From IMG/VR virus record IMGVR_UViG_3300028384_000657, positions 1 to 64,000 of that record: a stretch of 64,000 nt of DNA. The stretch is one strand, 5' to 3'. The stretch's first letter is position 1, and each line of letters starts with the position of its first letter. Both the position numbers and the translations under genes were made by a program. Of the stretch, positions 1 to 9,721 are shown piece after piece. The DNA is from a virus. Below the pieces are notes generated by a model. The model was given only the letters and a program-made list of their open reading frames with translations, did no database searches and was not told where the DNA came from.

Positions 1-1023
1 GAGTATTTTCTGTACAATCCAAAGGGTCTCAAGAACTCCACTAATCAGGGCATGAAAATTGCACCCGATTCGGTGACTTACTGCCATTCAGGAATTCAAG
101 ACCTGAATAAGAACATGACTCTTAGTCACCTACATAAAGCAATCAAGGCAGTAAACCAACTGCGTATGATTGAGGACTCTCTGGTTATCTATCGTCTATC
201 CAGAGCTCCTGAGCGTAGAATTTTCTACATTGATGTTGGTAATCTTCCCAAGAACAAAGCAGAACAATATCTGCGTGAGGTCATGGGACGTTATCGCAAC
301 AAACTTGTATATGATGCTAACACGGGTGAAATCAAAGACGATAAGAAATTCATGTCCATGTTGGAAGACTTCTGGCTTCCTAGACGCGAGGGAGGGCGCG
401 GGACTGAAATTACTACCCTTCCTGGCGGGCAGAATCTCGGTGAATTGGAAGATGTCAAATACTTCCAAAAGAAGTTATACAAAGCTTTGAACGTGCCCTC
501 ATCGAGACTAGAAACTGAGACTACATTCAATATCGGTCGTGCTGCTGAAATTACTAGGGACGAAGTAAAATTCCAGAAGTTCATCGCACGTCTAAGAAAG
601 CGTTTCAGCGAACTGTTTATGGACTTGCTGAAAACTCAACTCATTCTGAAAGGAATTGTTTCTATTGAAGAATGGGATGAAATGAAGACCCATATTCAGT
701 TCGACTACATCGCGGATAACTATTTCACTGAACTGAAAGAAATTGAGATTCGCAATGAGCGTATGAATCAGGTTAATACTATGGATCCTTACGTCGGCAA
801 GTACTTCAGTGTTGAGTATATGCGTCGTCAGGTTCTCAAGCAAACAGACGTTGAGATGAAAGAAATTGATGAACAAATTAAATCTGAGATGGAATCTGGT
901 GTTATTGTTGATCCTGCAGCGGAAATGGATCCCGCTATGGCTGCTGGCGATGCCGCTTCCCCAGAAGGTCAACAACCAGAAACTGGGGTAGAACCTGGTG
1001 ATGCGAGTCGCGGAGAGTTCTAA
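1..1023 (+). CDS. g20: portal vertex protein gp20 (5' truncated by window edge)
   Basis: T4 gp20 motifs YRLSRAPERRIFYIDVGNLP and EDFWLPRREGGRGTEITTLPGGQNLG; frame open from base 1. Confidence 0.97.
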   Translation, partial: EYFLYNPKGLKNSTNQGMKIAPDSVTYCHSGIQDLNKNMTLSHLHKAIKAVNQLRMIEDSLVIYRLSRAPERRIFYIDVGNLPKNKAEQYLREVMGRYRNKLVYDANTGEIKDDKKFMSMLEDFWLPRREGGRGTEITTLPGGQNLGELEDVKYFQKKLYKALNVPSSRLETETTFNIGRAAEITRDEVKFQKFIARLRKRFSELFMDLLKTQLILKGIVSIEEWDEMKTHIQFDYIADNYFTELKEIEIRNERMNQVNTMDPYVGKYFSVEYMRRQVLKQTDVEMKEIDEQIKSEMESGVIVDPAAEMDPAMAAGDAASPEGQQPETGVEPGDASRGEF

Positions 1024-1054
1024 ATAAACTAAATAATATTATTCGGAGTATATT

Positions 1055-1387
1055 ATGCCAAGTGAAATTTCAAAACAAATCGTTGACCAAATTTTTGGTG
1101 GCGATAGAGCAAAGGCAATTGATTCAGTAAATGATGCATTGTCTGCTGCTGCATTTGATGCGATTCAACAGCGTAAAGTTGATTTCGCACAAAGTATGGG
1201 ATTTGAATTAGATGATACTGCTCAGGATGCTGCTGATCAAATTGCAGATGAACTTCCTGACGGAACTGAAGAACCTGAAACTGTAGAAGTTGATGGTCGC
1301 AAACCCGAAGATCCTCCCGCTGATGAAGTGGAGCAACCTACTGCCGAACAAGAACCTGAGGAACAAACCGATGAGACTGATAGCTGA
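1055..1387 (+). CDS. acidic prohead core-like protein (gp67/gp68 position)
   Basis: Acidic 110-aa ORF between g20 and g21; TAAATA late promoters at about 1021-1036; GGAG RBS. Confidence 0.7.
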   Translation: MPSEISKQIVDQIFGGDRAKAIDSVNDALSAAAFDAIQQRKVDFAQSMGFELDDTAQDAADQIADELPDGTEEPETVEVDGRKPEDPPADEVEQPTAEQEPEEQTDETDS

Positions 1388-2015
1388 AGAAATTACAAAC
1401 ATCGATTTTCTCTGCGAAGAAAAGGATGGTAAAAGAAATTACTTCATTGAAGGTATCTTCCTGCAATCGGAAATCAAAAACCGTAATGGCAGAATGTACC
1501 CTCAGAAAACTTTAGCGCGTGAAGTTGCTAAATATGACGAGAACTACATTCAAAAAGGGCGTGCCCTTGGAGAATTAGGTCATCCCGATGGTCCATCCAT
1601 CAACCTAGATCGTGTCTCACACAAGATCATTTCCCTCACAGAAGACGGAAATAACTTTGTCGGTAAGGCAAAATTACTCGACACTCCTATGGGTAAGATC
1701 GCTAAAGATCTTCTCGGAGAAGGTGTGAAACTAGGCGTTTCGTCTAGAGGCATGGGTTCTATTCGTAAAGAAGAGAACTGTAGTGTTGTTTGTGATGACT
1801 TTATGCTCGCTACTGCTGCTGATATTGTAGCAGATCCTTCTGCACCTGATGCATTTGTTGATGGAATCATGGAAGGTAAAGAGTGGGTTTGGGATAATGG
1901 CGTCTTGAAAGAATCTGCAGTAGCAGAAATCAAACAAGAAATCGATCAAGCAACCCTTATCAATCTTCAAGAGCGCAAAATTTCCGCGTTTGCAAAGTTC
2001 CTGAAGAGTTTGTAA
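1371..2015 (+). CDS. g21: prohead core protease gp21
   Basis: IEGIFLQSEIKNRNGRMYP, ALGELGHP, GVSSRGMGS, DIVADPSAPDAFV; start taken at ATG 1371 (MRLIAEE). Confidence 0.96.
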   Translation: MRLIAEEITNIDFLCEEKDGKRNYFIEGIFLQSEIKNRNGRMYPQKTLAREVAKYDENYIQKGRALGELGHPDGPSINLDRVSHKIISLTEDGNNFVGKAKLLDTPMGKIAKDLLGEGVKLGVSSRGMGSIRKEENCSVVCDDFMLATAADIVADPSAPDAFVDGIMEGKEWVWDNGVLKESAVAEIKQEIDQATLINLQERKISAFAKFLKSL

Positions 2016-2026
2016 GGTTATTAATT

Positions 2027-2034
2027 TATAAATA
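2027..2034 (+). promoter_or_regulatory. T4-type late promoter (TATAAATA) for g22/g23
   Basis: Exact gp55 late consensus about 35 nt upstream of g22. Confidence 0.8.
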
Positions 2035-2070
2035 AACATAGACAACGCAAAGTACAACGGAGACCTAGAA

Positions 2071-3096
2071 ATGTCTGAGACCCTCAACACTGTAGATAAT
2101 ATGGAAGAAGTGAACGAAGGCTCTAACGTCGTTACCAAGAATGCAAAGCCTGGTGAAAAAATTGACACCTCTAAAGGTGGCGCTGCCAAGGTTATTGACG
2201 TTAACACCGATTCCATGGAAGGTGCAAAGGGCACCAAGAACGCTGGTGCAAGCGCATCGGGTGCTGTAAAGCACGAAGGTTCTAAATCCCTTTCAACAAA
2301 ACCTTCTGATGCATCTGCTAAGATGGAGGAAACCGATGGCGAAGAAGAAGAAACAATCACTGAAACCAAATACGACTTTAGTGAAGATGTTGACGCTCTT
2401 GTCGCTGGTGAAGACCTCTCAGAAGAATTCAGAGAGCGTGCAGTAACGATCTTTGAAGCAGCGGTCACCGCAAAAGTCAATGCTGAAACAGCTGCGTTGC
2501 AAGAGGCATTTGAATCTACTCTGACTGAAGAAGTCGAACAGATCAAAACAGAATTGGCCGAGAAAGTAGACGACTATCTCACTTATGCCGCCGAGTCCTG
2601 GATGAAGGAGAATGCTCTCCAGATCGAGCACGGCATTAAGACTGAGATGGCAGAGTCGTTCTTCTCTGGCCTCAAGTCTCTCTTTATGGAGCACAATTTT
2701 AGTGTTCCCGAAGAGAAGTTCAACCTGCTGGATGGAATGGCAGGTGAGCTTGATGAAATGGAAGCTAAACTCAACGAGCAAATCGACACCAACGTTGCAT
2801 TGAATAAGCAACTTGGTGAGTTTGTTAAAATGGAGATTGTGAACGAATGTGCCGCTGGTCTTGCAGAGACACAGAAGGAGAAGCTTGCTTCTCTGGCAGA
2901 GGGTGTTGAGTTTGAAACTGAAGAAGACTTTAGAAATAAGGTCAGTACGATTAAGGAATCATACTTCACTAGGAAGGCTGAACTTGCAGAATCTGTAAGC
3001 GACCCCACCGAAGAAGCTGCTGAACCCCTTGTCGAATCTACAGCGAGCGGCTCGATGTCGAAATACGTCGATGCATTAGCACGTTGGTCCAAATAA
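2071..3096 (+). CDS. g22: prohead scaffold protein gp22
   Basis: Acidic coiled coil, LSEEFRERAVTIFEAAV, VDDYLTY; located between g21 and g23. Confidence 0.93.
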   Translation: MSETLNTVDNMEEVNEGSNVVTKNAKPGEKIDTSKGGAAKVIDVNTDSMEGAKGTKNAGASASGAVKHEGSKSLSTKPSDASAKMEETDGEEEETITETKYDFSEDVDALVAGEDLSEEFRERAVTIFEAAVTAKVNAETAALQEAFESTLTEEVEQIKTELAEKVDDYLTYAAESWMKENALQIEHGIKTEMAESFFSGLKSLFMEHNFSVPEEKFNLLDGMAGELDEMEAKLNEQIDTNVALNKQLGEFVKMEIVNECAAGLAETQKEKLASLAEGVEFETEEDFRNKVSTIKESYFTRKAELAESVSDPTEEAAEPLVESTASGSMSKYVDALARWSK

Positions 3097-3128
3097 TTAA
3101 TTATCTACTTTAAACCTCGGAGACAACA

Positions 3129-4508
3129 ATGTCCTTACAACAACTCCAGGAGAAGTGGGCACCCGTTCTGAATCACGAAGCTCTGCCCGAGATCGAAGAT
3201 TCCCATAAGCGTGGCGTAGTCGCACAACTCCTTGAAAACCAAGAAAAAGCAATCACTGAAGAAGCTTCCGTTCTCAACGAAACTCTTCAAACCACTGGTT
3301 ATACTGGCGCATCGACCGCTACTGGTCCTGTTGCTGGTTTTGACCCCGTTCTGATCTCCCTGATCAGACGCTCCATGCCTCAACTGATCGCTTACGATAT
3401 CGCAGGCGTTCAACCGATGACTGGTCCTACTGGACTGATCTTCGCAATGCGTACTAACTATGGCGCAGAGCGTGATCCCGCAGCATCTGGCTACGATGAA
3501 GCATTCTTCAACGAGCCTAACGCTGGTTTCTCTGGTGGTGCAGGTTCTGCTTACGATCCTGGCGCATCCAGTTCTGCAAACAACGATGCTGAAGGCACTA
3601 ACCCTTCACTGCTTAACGATTCCCCCGCTGGAACCTATGAGCAAGCAGACGACGCAACTGGCATGACCACTGCAACTGTAGAAGGTCTGGACGATTCCTC
3701 TTCTAACACGGCATTCCGTGAGATGGGTTTCTCGATCGAGAAGGTTACTGTAACCGCTCGTGCTCGTGCGCTGAAGGCAGAATACAGCATCGAACTCGCA
3801 CAAGACCTGAAGGCGATTCATGGTCTGGATGCTGAGCAAGAGCTCGCTAACATTCTCAGCACTGAGATCCTCGCAGAAATCAACCGCGAAGTTGTTAGAA
3901 CCATTTACACCAACGCTGTAAAGGGTGCTCAGAACAACACTGCAAATGCAGGTATCTTCGACCTCGACGTTGACTCCAACGGTCGTTGGTCTGTTGAGAA
4001 GTTCAAGGGTCTCCTGTTCCAGATCGAAAGAGATGCTAACGCTATCGGTCAGCAAACTCGTAGAGGGAAGGGTAACATCCTGATCTGTTCTGCTGACGTT
4101 GCTTCTGCACTTGGCATGGCAGGCGTTCTGGATTACTCCCCTGCTCTGAACGGCAACAACGCTCTGACTGGCGTTGATGATACCTCCAGCACTCTGGTTG
4201 GTACTCTGAACGGTCGCATCAAGGTCTATGTTGATCCTTATTCTGCTAACGTTGCTGATAAGCACTACTACGTTGCAGGTTACAAGGGCACTTCTCCTTA
4301 TGACGCAGGTCTGTTCTACTGCCCTTACGTTCCTCTCCAGCAGGTTCGTGCAATCAACCCTGACACCTTCCAGCCCAAGATCGGATTCAAGACTCGCTAC
4401 GGCATGGTCTCGAACCCCTTCGCACAAGGTCTGACTCAAGGTTCTGGTGCTCTGACTGCAAACACCAACCGTTACTACAGACGTGTTCAGGTTGCTAACT
4501 TGATGTGA
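3129..4508 (+). CDS. g23: major capsid protein gp23
   Basis: KWAPVLNHE, GVQPMTGPTGLIFAMR, RALKAEYSIELAQDLKAIHGLDAE, FQPKIGFKTRYG. Confidence 0.99.
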   Translation: MSLQQLQEKWAPVLNHEALPEIEDSHKRGVVAQLLENQEKAITEEASVLNETLQTTGYTGASTATGPVAGFDPVLISLIRRSMPQLIAYDIAGVQPMTGPTGLIFAMRTNYGAERDPAASGYDEAFFNEPNAGFSGGAGSAYDPGASSSANNDAEGTNPSLLNDSPAGTYEQADDATGMTTATVEGLDDSSSNTAFREMGFSIEKVTVTARARALKAEYSIELAQDLKAIHGLDAEQELANILSTEILAEINREVVRTIYTNAVKGAQNNTANAGIFDLDVDSNGRWSVEKFKGLLFQIERDANAIGQQTRRGKGNILICSADVASALGMAGVLDYSPALNGNNALTGVDDTSSTLVGTLNGRIKVYVDPYSANVADKHYYVAGYKGTSPYDAGLFYCPYVPLQQVRAINPDTFQPKIGFKTRYGMVSNPFAQGLTQGSGALTANTNRYYRRVQVANLM

Positions 4509-4528
4509 TATTGGTTCACATATTTCAC

Positions 4529-4554
4529 AGAGACCCTACGGGGTCTCTTTTTTT
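4529..4554 (+). terminator. rho-independent terminator after g23
   Basis: AGAGACCC-TACG-GGGTCTCT hairpin followed by a T run. Confidence 0.9.
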
Positions 4555-4713
4555 ATGTTTACATAAGATGTGTATTCTGATGTATAAAAAATAAGAGTTA
4601 TTATTAGTCATACTAATTTCGTCAGAATTTGCTGACATTTGGTATAGATAGTATCAGAATTATGCGAGGTGTAAAAATGAATCCTATCCTTAACTATATT
4701 ATGCCAATCGATT

Positions 4714-4899
4714 ATGGAGAAGATCATGCACAATTTAACTTCGCGCAATCAACTGGATGAGTGGCGTCATTTTGAAGATACCATTGATGAAATGGATATG
4801 GAAATGCAAAGAATGAATGACTACTATGAATGCTTAATTGAATGCGACTCCCTAAATCAACATGAATGTAAAAAAATCTGCAAGAGATTACTTCTTTGA
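4714..4899 (+). CDS. small protein with C-terminal CxxxC...CxxxC motif
   Basis: 61 aa ending YYECLIECDSLNQHECKKICK; resembles a recurrent picocyanobacterial/cyanophage small protein (from recall). Confidence 0.7.
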   Translation: MEKIMHNLTSRNQLDEWRHFEDTIDEMDMEMQRMNDYYECLIECDSLNQHECKKICKRLLL

Positions 4900-4910
4900 T
4901 ACAAAACCCT

Positions 4911-4968
4911 TATAAATAAAACTACCGTGTGAAGGAAGTGACCGAGGGGATTCGTCCCCTCTTTTTTT
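4911..4968 (+). ncRNA. candidate late small RNA (late promoter, about 20-nt leader, terminator)
   Basis: TATAAATA at 4911, then ACTACCGTGTGAAGGAAGTG, then GAGGGGA-TTCG-TCCCCTC and T7; no ORF inside. Confidence 0.5.
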
Positions 4969-4999
4969 ATGCTAAATAATTTTACTCTGTAATTACATC

Positions 5000-5197
5000 A
5001 TGGATTATAAACCATACACACCAGAGTGGCATAGAAAGAGATGTCTAAAAGAAGCATTAGATCAATACTTAGATGATTATGTTTCTAACGAAGTAATTCG
5101 CAACGACATCTTTGATATTCTCACAGAACGATCCGATGCAGCATATGCGGATTGGAACAAAACTGAAGAATTGACATCGATGTTAGAATCTAAATAA
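5000..5197 (+). CDS. hypothetical protein
   Basis: 65-aa ORF after CTAAATA late promoter. Confidence 0.7.
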   Translation: MDYKPYTPEWHRKRCLKEALDQYLDDYVSNEVIRNDIFDILTERSDAAYADWNKTEELTSMLESK

Positions 5198-5218
5198 CAC
5201 TGTATCTGGTGTATTTTT

Positions 5219-5533
5219 ATGCTCTCGACTGCGTACAGACTCCGCCTGGAGTCCATCTGTAGGTGCATTGCTAACAAAGAACAAGTTCCTTTAGAAGATA
5301 TGATCTGGGCAGAGAAACTTGCCAAGGCACACACTCTTGCAAGGGACTGGTTGCAGAAAGCAAGACGCCAAGCTTCTCAAGATATTGAAGAAGGTAGCAC
5401 AGACGATTTTCTCAATAGGATGGGTCTTGGGGACCCCGATCCATCCAATCACAAAACGGGGTTCTCTGGAGCCGATGAAATTATAGATTGGTTTCAACGT
5501 GACAAACCTGATGACTGGAGACAACGCGACTAA
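5219..5533 (+). CDS. conserved cyanophage hypothetical protein
   Basis: MLSTAYRLRLESIC...DWFQRDKPDDWRQRD; late promoter at about 5190. Confidence 0.75.
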   Translation: MLSTAYRLRLESICRCIANKEQVPLEDMIWAEKLAKAHTLARDWLQKARRQASQDIEEGSTDDFLNRMGLGDPDPSNHKTGFSGADEIIDWFQRDKPDDWRQRD

Positions 5534-5536
5534 ATT

Positions 5537-6133
5537 ATGAACATTCAAGATTATTACTTTGAAGACTTTATCGGAGTTTTCGATACTGACTATGATACTA
5601 GACCACTAATTGAATATTGGAAGTATCAAGACAAGTGTGGATCAACATTTCAAAGATACGGCATTTTTGGTAAACCTGAAAGAAAGGCACATCAAAGAAA
5701 AGATAGATGTCTTGCTACCGAAGATTTCATGCTCGATCATCAATGCGGGTACGAATATATGCAGCAATATAATATGATTATTGGTGCATGTTTAGAAAAA
5801 TACGTCAATGAATATGAAGCTCTGATCGACTATAGATATCAGCAAGTATATCTAAATGTTCAAAGGACATTACCTGGTGAAGGATTTCATGCTTTTCACT
5901 TCGAGAAAGGATCTTTAGGTAGTAACCGTCGCATCGCGGCAACAATGATGTACCTAAATACAGTTGAAGAAGGTGGAGAAACCGAGTTTCTTTATCAACA
6001 TAAAAGATTCAAACCAGTTGCAGGACAAGTTCTTATTTGGCCAGCAGGTTTCACTCATGTTCATAGAGGTCTTCCTCCATTAAAAGAGGAAAAGTATATC
6101 GCCACTTCCTGGTTAGAAAACATAAACGCATAA
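5537..6133 (+). CDS. 2OG-Fe(II) oxygenase
   Basis: FHFE (HxE), YLNTVEEGGETEF, WPAGFTHVHRG, KYIATSW. Confidence 0.9.
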   Translation: MNIQDYYFEDFIGVFDTDYDTRPLIEYWKYQDKCGSTFQRYGIFGKPERKAHQRKDRCLATEDFMLDHQCGYEYMQQYNMIIGACLEKYVNEYEALIDYRYQQVYLNVQRTLPGEGFHAFHFEKGSLGSNRRIAATMMYLNTVEEGGETEFLYQHKRFKPVAGQVLIWPAGFTHVHRGLPPLKEEKYIATSWLENINA

Positions 6134-6134
6134 T

Positions 6135-6701
6135 ATGTCAAGTTGGTATAACTCTCAAATAGAAAATAGGAACTACTTGTCTCCTGTAGGATTTGTCTTT
6201 CTGCTAGAAAAAGCACGAAAGGTCTCTTTCTTATGTCAGCAAGCAGAGATTCCTACAATGTCAATCTCTGAGATTGTTGTTCCAACACCAGGTTTTGTTC
6301 AGTTGCCGCTTCCTGATGGACAAGCAACATTTGCAAATCTGGATATCCAATTTATTGTTGATGAAAACTTAGAAAATTATATGCAGATTCATAACTGGAT
6401 GAGAGCAATCTCAACTCCAGATGCGTATGTAGATCGCTTCCAATGGATTGATGATAACTCTAGAGAGTCTTCTCTTGGTTCGGATACTGCACAATCGTTT
6501 ATATCTGATGGAACACTTCAAGTCTTGAATAATAATAATCTCGCAAACTTTGATGTTACCTTTAGGAACATGTTTCCTGTTGCATTATCATCTCTACCAT
6601 TTGATGTTACCCAAACAGATAATTCATACTTTACAGCAACTGCAACTTTTCAGTATACTAGCTATGAAATGTTGAAGGTTAACACCAATATCAGATTATG
6701 A
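6135..6701 (+). CDS. g3: tail completion/sheath stabilizer gp3
   Basis: NRNYLSPVGF, FIVDENLENYMQIHNWM, SDGTLQVL, F.NMFP..LSSLPFD. Confidence 0.88.
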   Translation: MSSWYNSQIENRNYLSPVGFVFLLEKARKVSFLCQQAEIPTMSISEIVVPTPGFVQLPLPDGQATFANLDIQFIVDENLENYMQIHNWMRAISTPDAYVDRFQWIDDNSRESSLGSDTAQSFISDGTLQVLNNNNLANFDVTFRNMFPVALSSLPFDVTQTDNSYFTATATFQYTSYEMLKVNTNIRL

Positions 6702-6859
6702 TAGAATGGAAACAGCACATCCTAGACCATTGGGTTATCACACCTGAAGAAAGAAAACTTCTAAAGGAAGGACCTAAAAGTTTAGCACAAGCATGGCACC
6801 TCCAAGCACTTAAATATCGTTATGAATCTAGAAACACTCCAGAGCATGTGGAAGACTGA
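6698..6859 (+). CDS. small hypothetical protein (53 aa, not in ORF track)
   Basis: MIEWKQHILDHWVITPEERKLLKEGPKSLAQAWHLQALKYRY; ATGA overlap with g3 stop. Confidence 0.65.
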   Translation: MIEWKQHILDHWVITPEERKLLKEGPKSLAQAWHLQALKYRYESRNTPEHVED

Positions 6860-7250
6860 TTCCAAACTGGATGATGACTTACATGATAATGACTCATTAG
6901 CAATTCCTCAACTCCATATGAAATACATGGAGTTTCATAATACTTACTCTCTAATGAAAAAAGATCGAGAGTTGGAAATGAAGAGGATGCTCAAAGATAA
7001 ATGGATTTACTATAAAGGTAAAGCACCATCCTCTGTGTACAAAGAAATGCCATTCGATCTCAAACTGACTACTAAGGAAGAGATCAGTATGTTTATCGAA
7101 GCAGACGAAGACGTTCAAAAACTACAATACAAGATAGGATACATAGACCAGGTTCTCTTCTTTCTTGACGGTGTGCTGCGAATGATTAATAGTCGCACAT
7201 ACCATATCAAGAACTCTATTGAATGGAAGAGGTTTCAATCAGGTATGTAA
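6822..7250 (+). CDS. uvsY: recombination mediator UvsY
   Basis: IPQLHMKY, WIYYKGKA, INSRTYHIKNSIEWKRF; upstream of uvsW. Confidence 0.92.
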   Translation: MNLETLQSMWKTDSKLDDDLHDNDSLAIPQLHMKYMEFHNTYSLMKKDRELEMKRMLKDKWIYYKGKAPSSVYKEMPFDLKLTTKEEISMFIEADEDVQKLQYKIGYIDQVLFFLDGVLRMINSRTYHIKNSIEWKRFQSGM

Positions 7251-7795
7251 TGAACTACGGACTGTTATGGAAAGAAGTTGTCTTCAATCGTAAGGCAATG
7301 GATATTGTAAATAAAGCAACTAATGCTGAATTGACATGGCATCAAGGTAAAATACACAACAGTCTAAAAGATAATAGAAGTTCTAATGTTGCATGGATAG
7401 GAGATCAAGATCTCTTGTCCATGCTTTTGCGTATGGTGAAAAAAATAAACAGAGATGCTAGATGGAATTTAAATATTACTGGAGTAGAAGCAGTTCAATA
7501 TGGAGTCTATGGTAAGGGAGACTTTTATGACTGGCATGTGGATCAACATCCAAAACCTGTCAGGGGTGTAGTAAGAAAGATTAGTATGACACTATTCCTA
7601 AACGACGACTACGAAGGTGGCGACTTTGATTTGGAGATATATAGACCAGATGCGGACCCAAGATACAAAACTTTTAAGTTGGAATCTGGGTCTGCTATTT
7701 TTTTCCAAGGGGATCAATGGCACAGGGTTCGCCCCGTCACTTCTGGATTGAGAAAGTCACTTGTAGCATGGTTTTATGGACCTCCTTATTCGTAA
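7250..7795 (+). CDS. 2OG-Fe(II) oxygenase (prolyl-4-hydroxylase-like)
   Basis: YDWHVD, RKISMTLFLNDDYEGGDF, HRVRPVTSGLRKSLVAW. Confidence 0.9.
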   Translation: MNYGLLWKEVVFNRKAMDIVNKATNAELTWHQGKIHNSLKDNRSSNVAWIGDQDLLSMLLRMVKKINRDARWNLNITGVEAVQYGVYGKGDFYDWHVDQHPKPVRGVVRKISMTLFLNDDYEGGDFDLEIYRPDADPRYKTFKLESGSAIFFQGDQWHRVRPVTSGLRKSLVAWFYGPPYS

Positions 7796-9248
7796 GAAAA
7801 ATGAAGTATATCTCAAGGTTGAGGCAGAACCTGGATTAAATTATGAACTGTCAGACTTTTTCACATTCGAGATAGAGTCTGCAAAGTACATGCAAAAGAC
7901 TCGTCGCTATAAAGGATGGGATGGAAAGATTCGTCTTTACTCTCCAGCGACAGGTGAAATTTATGTTGGTCTTATTGATTACCTTTTAGACTGGGCGGAT
8001 AAGAAGGGATACAAATATCGAATGGAAGACTGTCCTTATTTTGGACATCCATTAGAACGAGATGATATGATCACTCCCAGGTCGGTTGTAGGGTTCGTAA
8101 AATCACTGTGCCTACCCCCGAATCTTCAGGTTCGAGATTATCAATATAAGGCGATATACGAAGCGTTACGATATAACAGACGATTGTTGTTATCCCCAAC
8201 AGCATCAGGCAAGTCTCTGATGATCTACGCATTGGTTAGATTTCATACTAATGTGGATAGGAATGTTTTAATTGTCGTTCCCACTACCTCTCTTGTCGAA
8301 CAAATGTACAAAGACTTTGAGGAATATGGATGGATGGCGACCAAAGATTGCCACAAAATATATGCGGGGCAAGAAAAATACACGGATCATAGCGTGGTAA
8401 TTACCACTTGGCAGTCTATCTACAAGGAACCGCGTAAGTGGTTTGATAGGTTTGATGTCGTCATTGGAGACGAGGCGCACCAATTCAAAGCTAAATCTCT
8501 TACTACGTTGATGTCTAAGTTGCATGAATGTAAATACAGGATTGGTTTTACTGGAACGTTAGATGGTGCTAATGTAAATCAACTAGTATTAGAAGGATTA
8601 TTTGGACGTTGCTCTCAAGTAACTAGAACTAATGAATTGATGAAACAGGGATATGTCGCAAAACTAAAAGTAAAAATTATATTGTGTAAGCACGAAGAAA
8701 AAATATTTGAGGGATATCAAGACGAGATTGGATATCTAGTCGAACATGAAGGTAGGAATAAATTCATTCGTAATTTAGCATTAGATCTCGAAGGAAATAC
8801 TCTGGTCCTTTTTAACTATGTAGAACGCCATGGCATCCCTCTGTATGAACTGATAAATAGTTCCACGGACAAACCAGTTCATTTTGTTCATGGTGGTGTG
8901 GATGTAGAAGATCGCGAAGAGATTCGCAGATTAACGGAACTTTCCACAAACTCCATTATTATTGCCTCGTATGGAACTTTCTCTACAGGCATCAACATTA
9001 AAAGATTACACAATGTGATTTTTGCCAGTCCGTCTAAGTCCAGAGTGAGGAACCTTCAATCTATAGGTCGTGTTCTAAGGAAAGGGGAAAATAAATCACA
9101 AGCAACATTATATGATATTGCGGATGACATCTCTACTGATAGAGGTAATAATTACACCCTCAATCATTTGACAGAGAGAGTCAAGGTATATAACGAAGAA
9201 AAATTTCAGTATGAAATCATAGACGTAAAATTAAAAGCTTATGATTAG
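7776..9248 (+). CDS. uvsW: SF2 DNA helicase UvsW
   Basis: SPTASGKS Walker A, DEAH, GFTGT, QSIGRVLR. Confidence 0.97.
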   Translation: MDLLIRKKNEVYLKVEAEPGLNYELSDFFTFEIESAKYMQKTRRYKGWDGKIRLYSPATGEIYVGLIDYLLDWADKKGYKYRMEDCPYFGHPLERDDMITPRSVVGFVKSLCLPPNLQVRDYQYKAIYEALRYNRRLLLSPTASGKSLMIYALVRFHTNVDRNVLIVVPTTSLVEQMYKDFEEYGWMATKDCHKIYAGQEKYTDHSVVITTWQSIYKEPRKWFDRFDVVIGDEAHQFKAKSLTTLMSKLHECKYRIGFTGTLDGANVNQLVLEGLFGRCSQVTRTNELMKQGYVAKLKVKIILCKHEEKIFEGYQDEIGYLVEHEGRNKFIRNLALDLEGNTLVLFNYVERHGIPLYELINSSTDKPVHFVHGGVDVEDREEIRRLTELSTNSIIIASYGTFSTGINIKRLHNVIFASPSKSRVRNLQSIGRVLRKGENKSQATLYDIADDISTDRGNNYTLNHLTERVKVYNEEKFQYEIIDVKLKAYD

Positions 9249-9678
9249 TTACGCAAAACACGACGAAGAATTTTACGGTATCTTCAAACTCGTCAATGGA
9301 GAGGAAGTACTTGGTAAAGCAATCCTAACTCAGGATGAAGTGGAGAGTCTTGTCTTCATTCAAGATCCTGTCTGTGTTCAAGTTGTTACCAAAGAAAATG
9401 AAGATGGTAAGATGACACGCGGTATGGGATTCACAAAGTGGATGCAGTTATCTGACGAAGACTTTTATATTATCAGAGAAAAAGATATTATTACAGTATC
9501 TTCTATGAGTAAAGAAGTTATATTCATGTATGAAAGTTTTGTATCGGATGACGACCCGCTCCTAGGAAAAAAGAAACTTAAGACTGATCCCGATAACGCT
9601 CTAGGGTATGTCGGAACTATTGATCAAGCAAGAAAATTGTTTGAAAAGATCTTTAAAGATAAGCCTAGTAACTCTTGA
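9241..9678 (+). CDS. conserved hypothetical protein (Sm-like fold suspected)
   Basis: FKLVNGEEVLG N-terminus; usual T4-like position between uvsW and g55. Confidence 0.7.
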   Translation: MISYAKHDEEFYGIFKLVNGEEVLGKAILTQDEVESLVFIQDPVCVQVVTKENEDGKMTRGMGFTKWMQLSDEDFYIIREKDIITVSSMSKEVIFMYESFVSDDDPLLGKKKLKTDPDNALGYVGTIDQARKLFEKIFKDKPSNS

Positions 9679-9692
9679 ACCCTTACATGGTT

Positions 9693-9721
9693 ATTCTACT
9701 GAGAATTGACACTTCTGTCAA
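9693..9721 (-). promoter_or_regulatory. divergent minus-strand sigma70-type promoter overlapping the g55 promoter
   Basis: Minus-strand TTGACA (9721-9716), 17 nt, TAGAAT (9698-9693). Confidence 0.55.

Noticed and set aside
1731-4439. Long minus-strand ORFs opposite g21-g23
   Set aside because: Ser/Leu-rich shadows of acidic, biased structural genes.
4714-4899. CP12 assignment for the Cys-containing microprotein
   Set aside because: It lacks the AWD.VEEL core and the CP12 C-terminal Cys spacing.
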